A stretch of DNA of 64,000 nucleotides from a virus, in the IMG/VR virus record IMGVR_UViG_3300047476_001812, positions 15,925-79,924 of that record. One strand, 5' to 3'. Each line of letters begins with the position of its first letter. Position 1 is the first letter of the stretch. The notes beneath the pieces were generated by a model. The model did not search any database. It worked only from the letters and a program-made list of their open reading frames with translations, and was not told the DNA's origin. This document shows, piece by piece, positions 20,755-29,745 of this stretch. Both the position numbers and the translations under genes were made by a program.

Positions 20755-21744
20755 ATGGAACTAAATAAATCTACGGAACTGAGCAACAGCTTGGGAATAG
20801 CTATTGTTAATAGGAATACAGACTTAGCTAAATCAGTTATAACGGAACTGTCAGATTTGGAAGAAACTCATTTAGCTAAGATAACTTCTAGGGTTAGAGA
20901 GAATATATCTAATGAAGAATGGTCTTGGTTTCAATCACTTCTTAATGATGGGAACGAGAGTAAACCTGTAGCTCCGTTGGCTGATGAAGATAAGGAATTA
21001 AAACAAAAATTAGAAACAAGAATTATAGAGAACACAAAAAGGTTTTTTATAGACACAGGCAGGGATTTATATATTCTCAAGCAGAGAAAACTTTATCGTG
21101 AACAATACAATAGTTGGCAGTCTTATTGTCAACTAAGTTTAGGCATTAATCCTACTACCGCAAGTAGAGCTATTAAGGCATATCAAGATTGTGAAAGTAT
21201 TCGCATTTACTTTAATGATGATACCTTGCTTCCTAAAACAGATTATGTTCTTAGATTATTAGGACAAATAAAAGATGTAGAGTTAAGAGCTAATGTGTGG
21301 CGTAAAGCTTTAGAAGATTGTGGTAATTCACCCACTACCTCAGACATTAGAAGGGTATATGCTGAGATAATTAACCCTGAAGTTAAACCACCTAAGCCTA
21401 ATAACTTAGAATTTAAAGTTGGTGATTTTGTATCTATAAAAGAATCCTGCATTAAGTGGGGTAAAGTAATTGAGATTACATCAGGATTAAGATACAAAAT
21501 TAAGTCAGGAGATATCACTTCAACATACCAGACTTATCAAGTAACTGAATTAGAAATACCTCTGTTTATTGCTGAGGCAGTAGAACAACTTTATCAATCT
21601 CATTCACCTAAATTAAATACAAATACTCTACTGAGTGACAATCACCCTCATACAAAATCTATTGCCACTACATTTTATGGGTATAACGAATTTGCTGATT
21701 GGCAAATATCTTTGTTAGGGAGTCTAAGAAGCTTATGTCAATAG
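20755..21744 (+). CDS. DUF3102-like DNA-binding protein with C-terminal KOW-like motif
   Basis: FIDTGRDLYILKQRKLYREQYNSWQSYC...ASRAIKA; FKVGDFVSI. Confidence 0.6.
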   Translation: MELNKSTELSNSLGIAIVNRNTDLAKSVITELSDLEETHLAKITSRVRENISNEEWSWFQSLLNDGNESKPVAPLADEDKELKQKLETRIIENTKRFFIDTGRDLYILKQRKLYREQYNSWQSYCQLSLGINPTTASRAIKAYQDCESIRIYFNDDTLLPKTDYVLRLLGQIKDVELRANVWRKALEDCGNSPTTSDIRRVYAEIINPEVKPPKPNNLEFKVGDFVSIKESCIKWGKVIEITSGLRYKIKSGDITSTYQTYQVTELEIPLFIAEAVEQLYQSHSPKLNTNTLLSDNHPHTKSIATTFYGYNEFADWQISLLGSLRSLCQ

Positions 21745-22361
21745 AACTCTTCAGGAAGTATCAACAAACAAAGTCTATTGCTATTAGAAATAAATTGGTA
21801 ATGCTCAATGAAGGATTAGCTTATAAAGCTGCACATACAGCTAAGTTATACTGCAATGAAAGTTTTGATGACTTATCACAAGAAGCGTTTATAGGATTGA
21901 TTAGAGCGGTGGAAGACTATGACCCCTATAAAGGAACTATGTTTTCTTCCTACGCAGTCCCTAGAATATCAGGAAAGATATTGCAATATCTTAGAGATAG
22001 GTCTAAGTTAATTAGGCTTAGTCAGTCAATGCAAAAGTTAATAGCAGACATTAAAAGGATAAGCAAACAATCAATTACTGTAGAGGAAATATGTAGACAA
22101 TTAAATATTACTCAGGAAGAATATCAACTAGCTATTGGTGCTTATGCTGCATCTACTCATCTTCATTCTATTGATGATGATAGTGATGATAGAAAACCAC
22201 TAGAGTTACCATCACATGATAATCAAATAGAGGAAAGTAAAGTATTCAAAGTTGATTACAGCAATGCTACTAATGAGGAACTGAAATCTCTTACTAGTGG
22301 TGATTTAAATGTTAGAAGTATTTGGTTAATGGCAAGTAATTGGATTAAAGAAGAAGGATAA
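21735..22361 (+). CDS. phage RNA polymerase sigma factor, group 3 (SigF/SigB-like), apparently without region 4
   Basis: IRNKLVMLNEGL, DDLSQEAFIGLIRAVEDYDPYKGTMFSSYAVPRISGKILQYLRD (region 2), ITVEEICRQLNI (region 3). Confidence 0.88.
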   Translation: MSIELFRKYQQTKSIAIRNKLVMLNEGLAYKAAHTAKLYCNESFDDLSQEAFIGLIRAVEDYDPYKGTMFSSYAVPRISGKILQYLRDRSKLIRLSQSMQKLIADIKRISKQSITVEEICRQLNITQEEYQLAIGAYAASTHLHSIDDDSDDRKPLELPSHDNQIEESKVFKVDYSNATNEELKSLTSGDLNVRSIWLMASNWIKEEG

Positions 22362-22362
22362 T

Positions 22363-24324
22363 ATGACATTTAGGATACCAACACTTACATCTGCTGATGA
22401 CGTTGCTGTATGGTTGAGTGGGGCAAAACAACAGCTTGATGATTACTTTGTTCAGCTACCCGCTTCTCATTATGATGAGTTTTTCTCGCATCTTCCTGCC
22501 GCTGAACAATTAGTAGAAGCACAGGCAATGAGAAATGCAGAACAAAAAAACTATTTGCTAGAAATAGAAAGACAAGCTAAAAGATTTGGGTACAAACCAG
22601 AAAGAAGAAGAGTTGAAGAAGCAGTATCAGGTGGTGACATAGATACGGAATTTGTTCCTGAAAATGCTCCAGTTAATTCTCAAGCACGTTCTGCTAAAGC
22701 TCCTCAAGGTGCAATCCGAATTGAAGGTGATATTTTTATGCCTTTAGAAGAAGAGCAAGCAATGAGAGAGCAGTTCAGAGGAAAAGGAAATGCTTTCTTT
22801 GATGAATTAAAAAAGAGAGGGTTAATTCAAGTATTAACTCCTGAAGGAAATAGGGTAGTTCCAAAGAAGTATGCAATTTTTGATGAAACACTAGGAGAAA
22901 GAGGTAGGTATACTCTCAAGCCTGAAGTCCAATCGTATTTAGAATCCAGGAAAGTCAATACTCCTCAAGGTGTAGTAAGTCAACCCATTGCTGAAACCCC
23001 TCTTGTACAATCGTCTCCTCTTCCCAATAATGCTGAATCCGAAGCAACCTTAAATGATTTAGATAATCTCTTTTTAAACTCACAAACTCAACCTACCCCC
23101 CAAGAAGTTCCGGGAACTGTAACAACTATCTCTACAGATAATGGGGCAATTGCCCCAGACGTTGTGAGCGTATTATCAACACAGCCGGGGTTTAGTGTAG
23201 TTCCAGAACCCGTATCTTATAGCCCACTACCCATACCAGAAGGAACTCCTGAGAGTGGTATTAATCGTAGTGTTTACCCTGGAAGTAAAGCTGTATCTAC
23301 TTCTTCCGGTATTCCTATGAGTGGAGGTGGTGGGAGTATTCCCCCTAAACCCCCCACAGGTGGTGGTAACTATGACTTTGATGGGGAAGAGTTTAACCGT
23401 CAGAATAACTACACTCCTTACGGTGGCACACCCAACCATCCAGAAATACCAGGATTAAATGACCCTGTAGATGCTGACGCAAATCTTAAATGGTTATGGG
23501 AAAGAAATCAACGAGAAACGCAAGCCCGTCAACAATATCTAAACGACAAGGCAAGACAAGTGGCTGATACTGGTAGTTGGTGGGGGAATGTATGGGATGG
23601 AGTTGGTAGAGGTTTTAATTATTCTGTTGAAGCTGGCAGAATGCCTGGTAGAACGGCATCTGTAATATGGAATCGCGCACCTAAAAAAGAATATGAACAT
23701 CTTACTCCTGAAGGTAAAGCAGCTTTTTTTGGTGGCAGGGTTGCTGGAGAAATAGGTAATGGAACTAAACAAGTATTATGGGAACTACATCCTGATGACT
23801 TTACCGCTACCCATTCTGTAAGAGCAGTTAGAGAGTCCGGTGGTAATCGTATAGCTCAAGTTTTGATACCTTATATGACAACAACCGCATTGCAGCTAGG
23901 GTCACAAACCTATAACCCATTTAACCTGGGTGAAGGCGGTAGGGTTGCAGGATATCAAGCTATTAATCCTGATGAGGATGACCCACGTATTTCTACATCA
24001 CCAGTGAGTGAGTTATTAATTGACAGAGGATTGTTAGGTAGAAGAGGTAAGCTACTTCCTTGGGAGCAATTTAGACAAGAAAGAACTGATATCCCCTATG
24101 AACAGTATCAGAAGTATCAAGACTATTTACGTAATAAAGATGATAACTTCCTAAGAGATGCTACCGGGGGACTAATTAAGGGGACTATGGATGGAATTAA
24201 TGGACCAGAGTTGTCAGTGATGGGTTATTCTGTCACACCTACTGGGGCGTTAGCCGCCGGGGCTGCACTGTTAGCGGGTAGGGAATTAGTTAGAACAGGA
24301 AGAATAGCAGGGTTAAGGAAGTAA
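22363..24324 (+). CDS. probable virion (internal) protein
   Basis: 653 aa, Pro/Gly-rich linker, C-terminal hydrophobic helix; first of a coupled gene run. Confidence 0.55.
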   Translation: MTFRIPTLTSADDVAVWLSGAKQQLDDYFVQLPASHYDEFFSHLPAAEQLVEAQAMRNAEQKNYLLEIERQAKRFGYKPERRRVEEAVSGGDIDTEFVPENAPVNSQARSAKAPQGAIRIEGDIFMPLEEEQAMREQFRGKGNAFFDELKKRGLIQVLTPEGNRVVPKKYAIFDETLGERGRYTLKPEVQSYLESRKVNTPQGVVSQPIAETPLVQSSPLPNNAESEATLNDLDNLFLNSQTQPTPQEVPGTVTTISTDNGAIAPDVVSVLSTQPGFSVVPEPVSYSPLPIPEGTPESGINRSVYPGSKAVSTSSGIPMSGGGGSIPPKPPTGGGNYDFDGEEFNRQNNYTPYGGTPNHPEIPGLNDPVDADANLKWLWERNQRETQARQQYLNDKARQVADTGSWWGNVWDGVGRGFNYSVEAGRMPGRTASVIWNRAPKKEYEHLTPEGKAAFFGGRVAGEIGNGTKQVLWELHPDDFTATHSVRAVRESGGNRIAQVLIPYMTTTALQLGSQTYNPFNLGEGGRVAGYQAINPDEDDPRISTSPVSELLIDRGLLGRRGKLLPWEQFRQERTDIPYEQYQKYQDYLRNKDDNFLRDATGGLIKGTMDGINGPELSVMGYSVTPTGALAAGAALLAGRELVRTGRIAGLRK

Positions 24325-24329
24325 TAATC

Positions 24330-24950
24330 ATGCAAATATTTGGTAGAGAAATAAACCCACAAGTTGCTTTTAAAAGGTATGGAAATGCCATTAGAGACGG
24401 AAGAATGTATGCTACCCGTCCTCACATCCCTCAAGAGTATTATGGTAATGCTGACAAAGCATCTTTTTGGTTAGGGCAACAACCTGGTATTGGTAATGCC
24501 TTAGAGTTTGCCGTTGATAATCCCTATGGTGCTGCTGCTGCATTGGCTGGCGGTACTGTAGTAAATAATTTAATTGGTAATCCAGTAGGAGGGGCTATTG
24601 ATTTCCTCTCAATGGGATTAACTAATTTAAAACCTGATGAGTATGAACCGACAGACAAACAAAGAGTTATGTTTGTTGACTTACCAAGTCAGGAAATTGT
24701 TTACACAAATAGATATGGAGTTTCTGCCAAAATTCCATCTTCCAATGCTGCCTCTGTGGTGGCTGCTGATACTTTAGCTACACAACCTGGAATGCAGCAG
24801 CCCAACCAAGTTCAAATACCAGAACTTAATGAGGAAGAGCGGGATAAATTTATGAAGTACACTACTAACCGCACTGCTCAACAGATATTAACTTATCAGG
24901 CGTTGCAAGACTTTCTTAATCAACAACCTGGAATGGAGGGCTATCAATGA
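24330..24950 (+). CDS. probable virion protein
   Basis: Gly/Ala hydrophobic segment, Gln-rich tail. Confidence 0.5.
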   Translation: MQIFGREINPQVAFKRYGNAIRDGRMYATRPHIPQEYYGNADKASFWLGQQPGIGNALEFAVDNPYGAAAALAGGTVVNNLIGNPVGGAIDFLSMGLTNLKPDEYEPTDKQRVMFVDLPSQEIVYTNRYGVSAKIPSSNAASVVAADTLATQPGMQQPNQVQIPELNEEERDKFMKYTTNRTAQQILTYQALQDFLNQQPGMEGYQ

Positions 24951-25354
24951 ACTGGGGAAGTGTAGGAAGAGGATTTGCTTCTGTAGCTGATGACATTGCC
25001 CGTAGTCAAATGGGTAGAAGAATTGGTGAGGAGTATGTTGACAATGCTGCCAAAGCAGTTGCTAGAGAATTGAATGTTAATGATTTATTCACTGCTGATG
25101 ACGCTGCTAAATATATGGCAGAAGCACAAGAAGATGCTGCTAAATGGTACGCAACTTTTGTTGCGCCTAATGGTCAAATACCTGTGGATGAAAATGAAAT
25201 CCTTTATCGGATAGGCAGGGGTGCAGCACAAACAGGGCAATTTGCTAGGAACAATGTTGGTAATGCTTTAAATGTAGGAGTAAATGCCATGTTTTTAGCA
25301 CCAATGGCTATGCAAATGTTACCACGCTCTGAAGAGGAACAATATTATGGGTAA
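24947..25354 (+). CDS. probable virion protein
   Basis: Ala-rich, overlaps both neighbours. Confidence 0.5.
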   Translation: MNWGSVGRGFASVADDIARSQMGRRIGEEYVDNAAKAVARELNVNDLFTADDAAKYMAEAQEDAAKWYATFVAPNGQIPVDENEILYRIGRGAAQTGQFARNNVGNALNVGVNAMFLAPMAMQMLPRSEEEQYYG

Positions 25355-26519
25355 CTTTGGCAGGATAGCAGGTAGAGCATTCAATTATGGTATGCCTGTA
25401 GTTGGTGGTTTTGTAGACTACCAAAGCGGGAAAGAAGAGGGAGAAGATGACATTCGGGCTGGTGTTGGTGCTGTAGGTTCTACCCTTGGTGGTTTAGCCG
25501 CCACTGGTGCTGCCACTGCTGCTGGTGCTAAGGTTGGGGCTGCCCTTGGTACTGCCTTAGCACCAGGAGTAGGAACACTTGCTGGTGGTGCTATTGGTGG
25601 ACTTGCAGGATTGGGTACTTCATTAGCAACACAAGGTTTAGGTAGCTTTGCCGGGGGATGGACTGCTGACAGATTAGATGAAGCTGTTAGGGGTAAAAAT
25701 ACAGGAGTTAAAAATAAGATGTCTCAATATGTACAAGACCAAAGAACAGGCGATATTGCAGAGGTTGATGATAACGGGAATATAGTTGGTTGGATTGTTA
25801 AAGGTGGTGTGGTTGTTGCTGGTGGTAACACCATGCTTAATATTGGCAATGAATTAAAAGACATTCCTTACGATTACGCTAGGAATAAGGCTATATTTCA
25901 AGCTGACCCATTATTAAATGCAACACCTGAAGAGGCTGCTCGCTGGGCTGCAAGAGAAGTTCCAAGTGACATAGGAAGAGCCATAGGTAGAGGCTTTCGT
26001 ACCACCGGAAATAATATTGGTAGGGTCTGGAATGCTATTCCTGGCAATAATGTAGTAAAAGCTGGTGCTGCATTAGCTTTTGTTGGCGACCAGCTAACTG
26101 GTGCTAACTTCTCAAAGGGTGTTGGTAGAGTTCTTGCTGGTGGTGCTGACGCTGTTGCTAACACTGTAGGTTTTAACACAGATTTTGATGGACGAAACAG
26201 GATGAGTCAACAACAAATAAAGCAAAACAATGAGACTGCTAGGGTTGAAGATAATCTAAAAATCTACAACCCTTATGATGAAGCAATCTATCAGAAAGGC
26301 TTTCGTAGTCGGCAGGAAATGGAAAACTACGAAAACAGAATATGGCAGCGCAACGAAGACAAAGCTGCTGAGGTCTTCAAAAAGCGTGATGACATTGCTC
26401 GTCGTAACTTTATGACTGAGTTTACAGCACAGCAAGCATCTGATTTGTTATCAAGGTATGCTGAGATGCCTCAATCTGTAGCTAATAGCATTGCACAAAT
26501 CTATCAAGCAGCAAGGTAA
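25347..26519 (+). CDS. glycine-zipper protein, probable ejection/internal virion protein
   Basis: Long GxxxG-type run AGVGAVGSTLGGLAATGAATAAGAKVGAALG... Confidence 0.6.
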   Translation: MGNFGRIAGRAFNYGMPVVGGFVDYQSGKEEGEDDIRAGVGAVGSTLGGLAATGAATAAGAKVGAALGTALAPGVGTLAGGAIGGLAGLGTSLATQGLGSFAGGWTADRLDEAVRGKNTGVKNKMSQYVQDQRTGDIAEVDDNGNIVGWIVKGGVVVAGGNTMLNIGNELKDIPYDYARNKAIFQADPLLNATPEEAARWAAREVPSDIGRAIGRGFRTTGNNIGRVWNAIPGNNVVKAGAALAFVGDQLTGANFSKGVGRVLAGGADAVANTVGFNTDFDGRNRMSQQQIKQNNETARVEDNLKIYNPYDEAIYQKGFRSRQEMENYENRIWQRNEDKAAEVFKKRDDIARRNFMTEFTAQQASDLLSRYAEMPQSVANSIAQIYQAAR

Positions 26520-26522
26520 GAG

Positions 26523-26678
26523 ATGGAAATCAAAGAGCAAGCTTTAAACAAATCTAAAATGTGGCAAGCCAAAAAAGCTAAATCTTCTTCTTATGATGCG
26601 CCAACTAGCACAGGTTTAGACACAAGTTATTCTACTCAGAAAAGTGTAGATAGAATAGGGGGAGTAAAATATGAATAA
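26523..26678 (+). CDS. 51-aa protein whose N-terminus resembles that of the next gene
   Basis: Manual translation MEIKEQALNKSKMWQAKKAKSSSYDAPTSTGLDTSYSTQKSVDRIGGVKYE; fills the gap between coupled genes. Confidence 0.55.
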   Translation: MEIKEQALNKSKMWQAKKAKSSSYDAPTSTGLDTSYSTQKSVDRIGGVKYE

Positions 26679-27519
26679 ACAACTGCAAGCTTTAGAGAAA
26701 GCTACGTTGTGGAAAGAAAGAAGAACTTCGGACGGTAATTACATAGAAAGGCTTGACAAAAACGGTAACGTTTATGAAAGAGTTTATTCTCCTATTCCAA
26801 AACAAACCACAATTAAAAAACCTACTCAAGCTAGACCTCAACCACCCAAAGTAAAACCACCGTCTAAGACAAGATACACACCAACTCCAGAGCAAGAATA
26901 CATAAGACAGCAAGGGGATCTAGCATTAGAGAAACAACTACGAAATCAAAAATATTGGTTTAACCTATTCAATGAAAATGCTAAGGAGGCTCAACAAAGT
27001 AATCAGAAGTATGGTCGTGAATTGCAAGACTCAATAAACAATACCAATTTACGGATGCAAGAAAAAAGAACATGGGGTGATGTAGAAGAAGCAAAGATTA
27101 CTAGTGGGAGTAATCAGAATATTGCAAAAACACAAGCTGAAAGTGCTGGCAATGTTGCAAACATTAATGCCACAAGTGCTGAAACTGTTGCAAACATTAA
27201 TGCCACAAGTGCTTTCAAAGTAACTGAGCTTGAAACTAAGTCTAAAAATTATGGTTATGATAAACAATATGAGTGGACTAAGTATCAAGCTGACAGAGAT
27301 GCTGAAGCAAGGAATAGACAAACCGATGCAAACTACTTTGTAGAAAGAGAGAAAAATGCAAACCAGAAAGAAAAGAACAAACAGGATTTTTATCTTAACG
27401 CTGGTCTAGGTATATTAGACTCAATGAACAAACAAAGAGCTTCTAGTAGTCAAGCAGCAGCACAAATATACAGTTCTTTTTTGTCAAGTAATCCGTATAA
27501 CTTTAAGTATTGGAATTAA
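26671..27519 (+). CDS. coiled-coil Gln/Asn-rich protein, DNA pilot/ejection-like
   Basis: VANINATSA duplicated; Q/N/A-rich helical composition. Confidence 0.5.
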   Translation: MNKQLQALEKATLWKERRTSDGNYIERLDKNGNVYERVYSPIPKQTTIKKPTQARPQPPKVKPPSKTRYTPTPEQEYIRQQGDLALEKQLRNQKYWFNLFNENAKEAQQSNQKYGRELQDSINNTNLRMQEKRTWGDVEEAKITSGSNQNIAKTQAESAGNVANINATSAETVANINATSAFKVTELETKSKNYGYDKQYEWTKYQADRDAEARNRQTDANYFVEREKNANQKEKNKQDFYLNAGLGILDSMNKQRASSSQAAAQIYSSFLSSNPYNFKYWN

Positions 27520-27533
27520 AGAAAGGGTAGAGT

Positions 27534-28052
27534 ATGATTGGTTTTTTTGGAGCTTTATTAGGTGGGCTTGCAAGCGGTGTTGTTGGTGGATTATTTGGAA
27601 ACAGTCAACAAAAAAGGCAACACCAGCAAGCAAAGGATTTAGCACAGCAACAATTGGAAAATAGTATGAGACTAGGTCAACAGGCATTTGACTTTAGAAG
27701 GCAAGAAGCTGACCAAGATTTTGGCTTTAGAAAGACCTTAGCTGATGATGGCTATGCGTTTCAAATTAGAAAAGCTAATGTTGATGATGAAATAACCCGT
27801 CGTCAGAATCAACAGCGATTTGGTTTTGAAAAACAATTAGCTGATGATAACTACGCTTTTCGTAACAAAGATAGGGCAGAAAGAGAGCGTGCTGCTGACG
27901 AGACCACGGAAAGAGATTACCAAATGAGAAATGAAACTACTAATGCTGCTAGACAAGCTGCTAATAGTGCTTTCTTTGGTGGTGGTGGTAATAGATTTAA
28001 TAGGTTTAACAGTGGCAGTAATAGATTTAATAGGTTTAACGCTAGAAGTTAA
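27534..28052 (+). CDS. DNA pilot/ejection-like protein
   Basis: N-terminal GFFGALLGGLASGVVGGLFG followed by a Q/R/E-rich coiled coil; NRFNRFN duplicated. Confidence 0.55.
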   Translation: MIGFFGALLGGLASGVVGGLFGNSQQKRQHQQAKDLAQQQLENSMRLGQQAFDFRRQEADQDFGFRKTLADDGYAFQIRKANVDDEITRRQNQQRFGFEKQLADDNYAFRNKDRAERERAADETTERDYQMRNETTNAARQAANSAFFGGGGNRFNRFNSGSNRFNRFNARS

Positions 28053-28087
28053 TGTAAAAGGGAGGTAATAACCTCCCTCAATTAAAT

Positions 28088-28414
28088 CTAGTAATCTTGA
28101 AAATCTATTAACTCCCTCATTTCTTCATTTTTGATTATTGAATCGGCATTATTAATCGCCTTATTCCAGTATTCCCAATTTCTAACAATCCAACCTTTAG
28201 GTGAAAATGGATATTTTGTTTCAGCTACAACTATCCAGTCGCCTGAAGGTTGAAAATATATCAACAGTCCGCCACTGTAAACAAATTTACTTGATACATC
28301 AATGGTAAGAAGTTCTGTGGCTAGAGGGTCATTATTGTTTTGCTCCCTAGCCTGCAACCAGGGGAAAGGGTATACTGTTTGGGTTTTGTTGAGTGGGATT
28401 TCTCTTAACAACAC
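28088..28414 (-). CDS. hypothetical protein (antisense cassette)
   Basis: AAGGA RBS; hairpin motif at 28437-28458. Confidence 0.6.
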   Translation of the reverse strand: MLLREIPLNKTQTVYPFPWLQAREQNNNDPLATELLTIDVSSKFVYSGGLLIYFQPSGDWIVVAETKYPFSPKGWIVRNWEYWNKAINNADSIIKNEEMRELIDFQDY

Positions 28415-28496
28415 AATTTCTAATTCCTTGATTACATCACCATCATTAAGGCGTTAGCCTTACAAATATAATACTTTATAAAACTAAAACTAAACT

Positions 28497-29090
28497 ATGA
28501 CAAATCAAAAAGTAGAATCAGTACAAGAATATGTGGACAATCTCCCTAATGAAATCTTTTCAATGATAATGGAGATTGTGTATTCCCCTACTCCCAGCGA
28601 GAAAGAAATTTACCAAACTTTAATTGATTGGGGAAAGGAAAACGACACTCCTTTTGTGTTTGGTTTTACCTATGTAAAAACCTGGGTAAGGTCTAAACAA
28701 AAAGTAGGAACGTTAGCACAAGATTACAATAAAGACCTAGAGAAATATCAAGGTGCTGACTTGTCTCTAGGTTTAGCTCGCAAGGTAGGAGCTACTATGG
28801 GCAAACTTCTGGATAAAGGAGTAGCGCAATTAGAGGAAACTGATTGGTCTAAAATTCCCCCATCTGAAATCTTAAAGTTTATACCTGCTGCTGCCAGAGA
28901 ACAAAATAACACTTTAAAAATTGTTTCTGAGTTTCAACAAATTAAAGATAAAAAAGACCTAGTATTTGCAGGTGCATACAGGATGCAACAGGAAATACTA
29001 GAAACTTTTAAAGATAATCCATTAATTTATGAAGCAGTTCAGGAGGCAGCAAGGGCTGCTATGTTAGTTATTGAAGAGGCAGAATATTGA
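28497..29090 (+). CDS. hypothetical helical protein, candidate terminase small subunit
   Basis: Size, helical character and position upstream of terL; function by context only. Confidence 0.4.
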   Translation: MTNQKVESVQEYVDNLPNEIFSMIMEIVYSPTPSEKEIYQTLIDWGKENDTPFVFGFTYVKTWVRSKQKVGTLAQDYNKDLEKYQGADLSLGLARKVGATMGKLLDKGVAQLEETDWSKIPPSEILKFIPAAAREQNNTLKIVSEFQQIKDKKDLVFAGAYRMQQEILETFKDNPLIYEAVQEAARAAMLVIEEAEY

Positions 29091-29679
29091 CCATACTTAT
29101 CGCCTCTTCAATCCAGTAGAACTGAATCTCAACATTTTCCGCCGCTTGTTTATCTTCTTCTCTGTCACCAATCATGATTACTTTTTCTAGTTTGTTTTTG
29201 TCCACCGAGTTTCTCGAGTAATACCATATTGCTTGTTCTAACATCCCAGAGCAAGGCTTTCTGAATTTACCTTTTGTCCCTAATTTCTGAGCAGATGAAG
29301 TATTGGATAAATCCCAAGGCTTCCCACCAATCCATGACTGACTATGAGTTGAATATCCGGATATTTCTCCAACATAGCAGGTATTTCCTTGAAAATCTGG
29401 ACAAAAGTAAATTCTTTCAAATACAGGCATATCTAATTCTTTAACAAAAAGATTATTGCAATACATCATTTCATCAAACACTGTATCCAAAGATTTAAAA
29501 CGTTTTTCTACACCACCTTGATTAGAGACAATTGCTAAAGTAAAATCTTGTGACAGCAATCTTTTTACTAAATCCAAAGAACCAGGTTTAATGATTTGTT
29601 GTTCTGGCTTGTTAATAAAACCATTTTCTTCTGTTGAAATGACAAGAGTTCCGTCTTTATCCAATAAAGCTAACTTCAT
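29068..29679 (-). CDS. HAD-IIIA phosphatase (polynucleotide 3'-phosphatase/GmhB-like)
   Basis: LLDKDGTL, IVSNQGG, FRKPCSGML, MIGDREED. Confidence 0.9.
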   Translation of the reverse strand: MKLALLDKDGTLVISTEENGFINKPEQQIIKPGSLDLVKRLLSQDFTLAIVSNQGGVEKRFKSLDTVFDEMMYCNNLFVKELDMPVFERIYFCPDFQGNTCYVGEISGYSTHSQSWIGGKPWDLSNTSSAQKLGTKGKFRKPCSGMLEQAIWYYSRNSVDKNKLEKVIMIGDREEDKQAAENVEIQFYWIEEAISMVNILPLQ

Positions 29680-29745
29680 TTTAACCTTTTAACTACATCA
29701 CTGCTCCTGGGGTGTTAACCCCTTTATTTATGATACTACTAACCA

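Noticed and set aside
27153-28040. Short tandem duplications (VANINATSA x2, NRFNRFN x2) as functional DNA repeats
   Set aside because: In-frame coding duplications in low-complexity proteins; no sign of a separate DNA-level role
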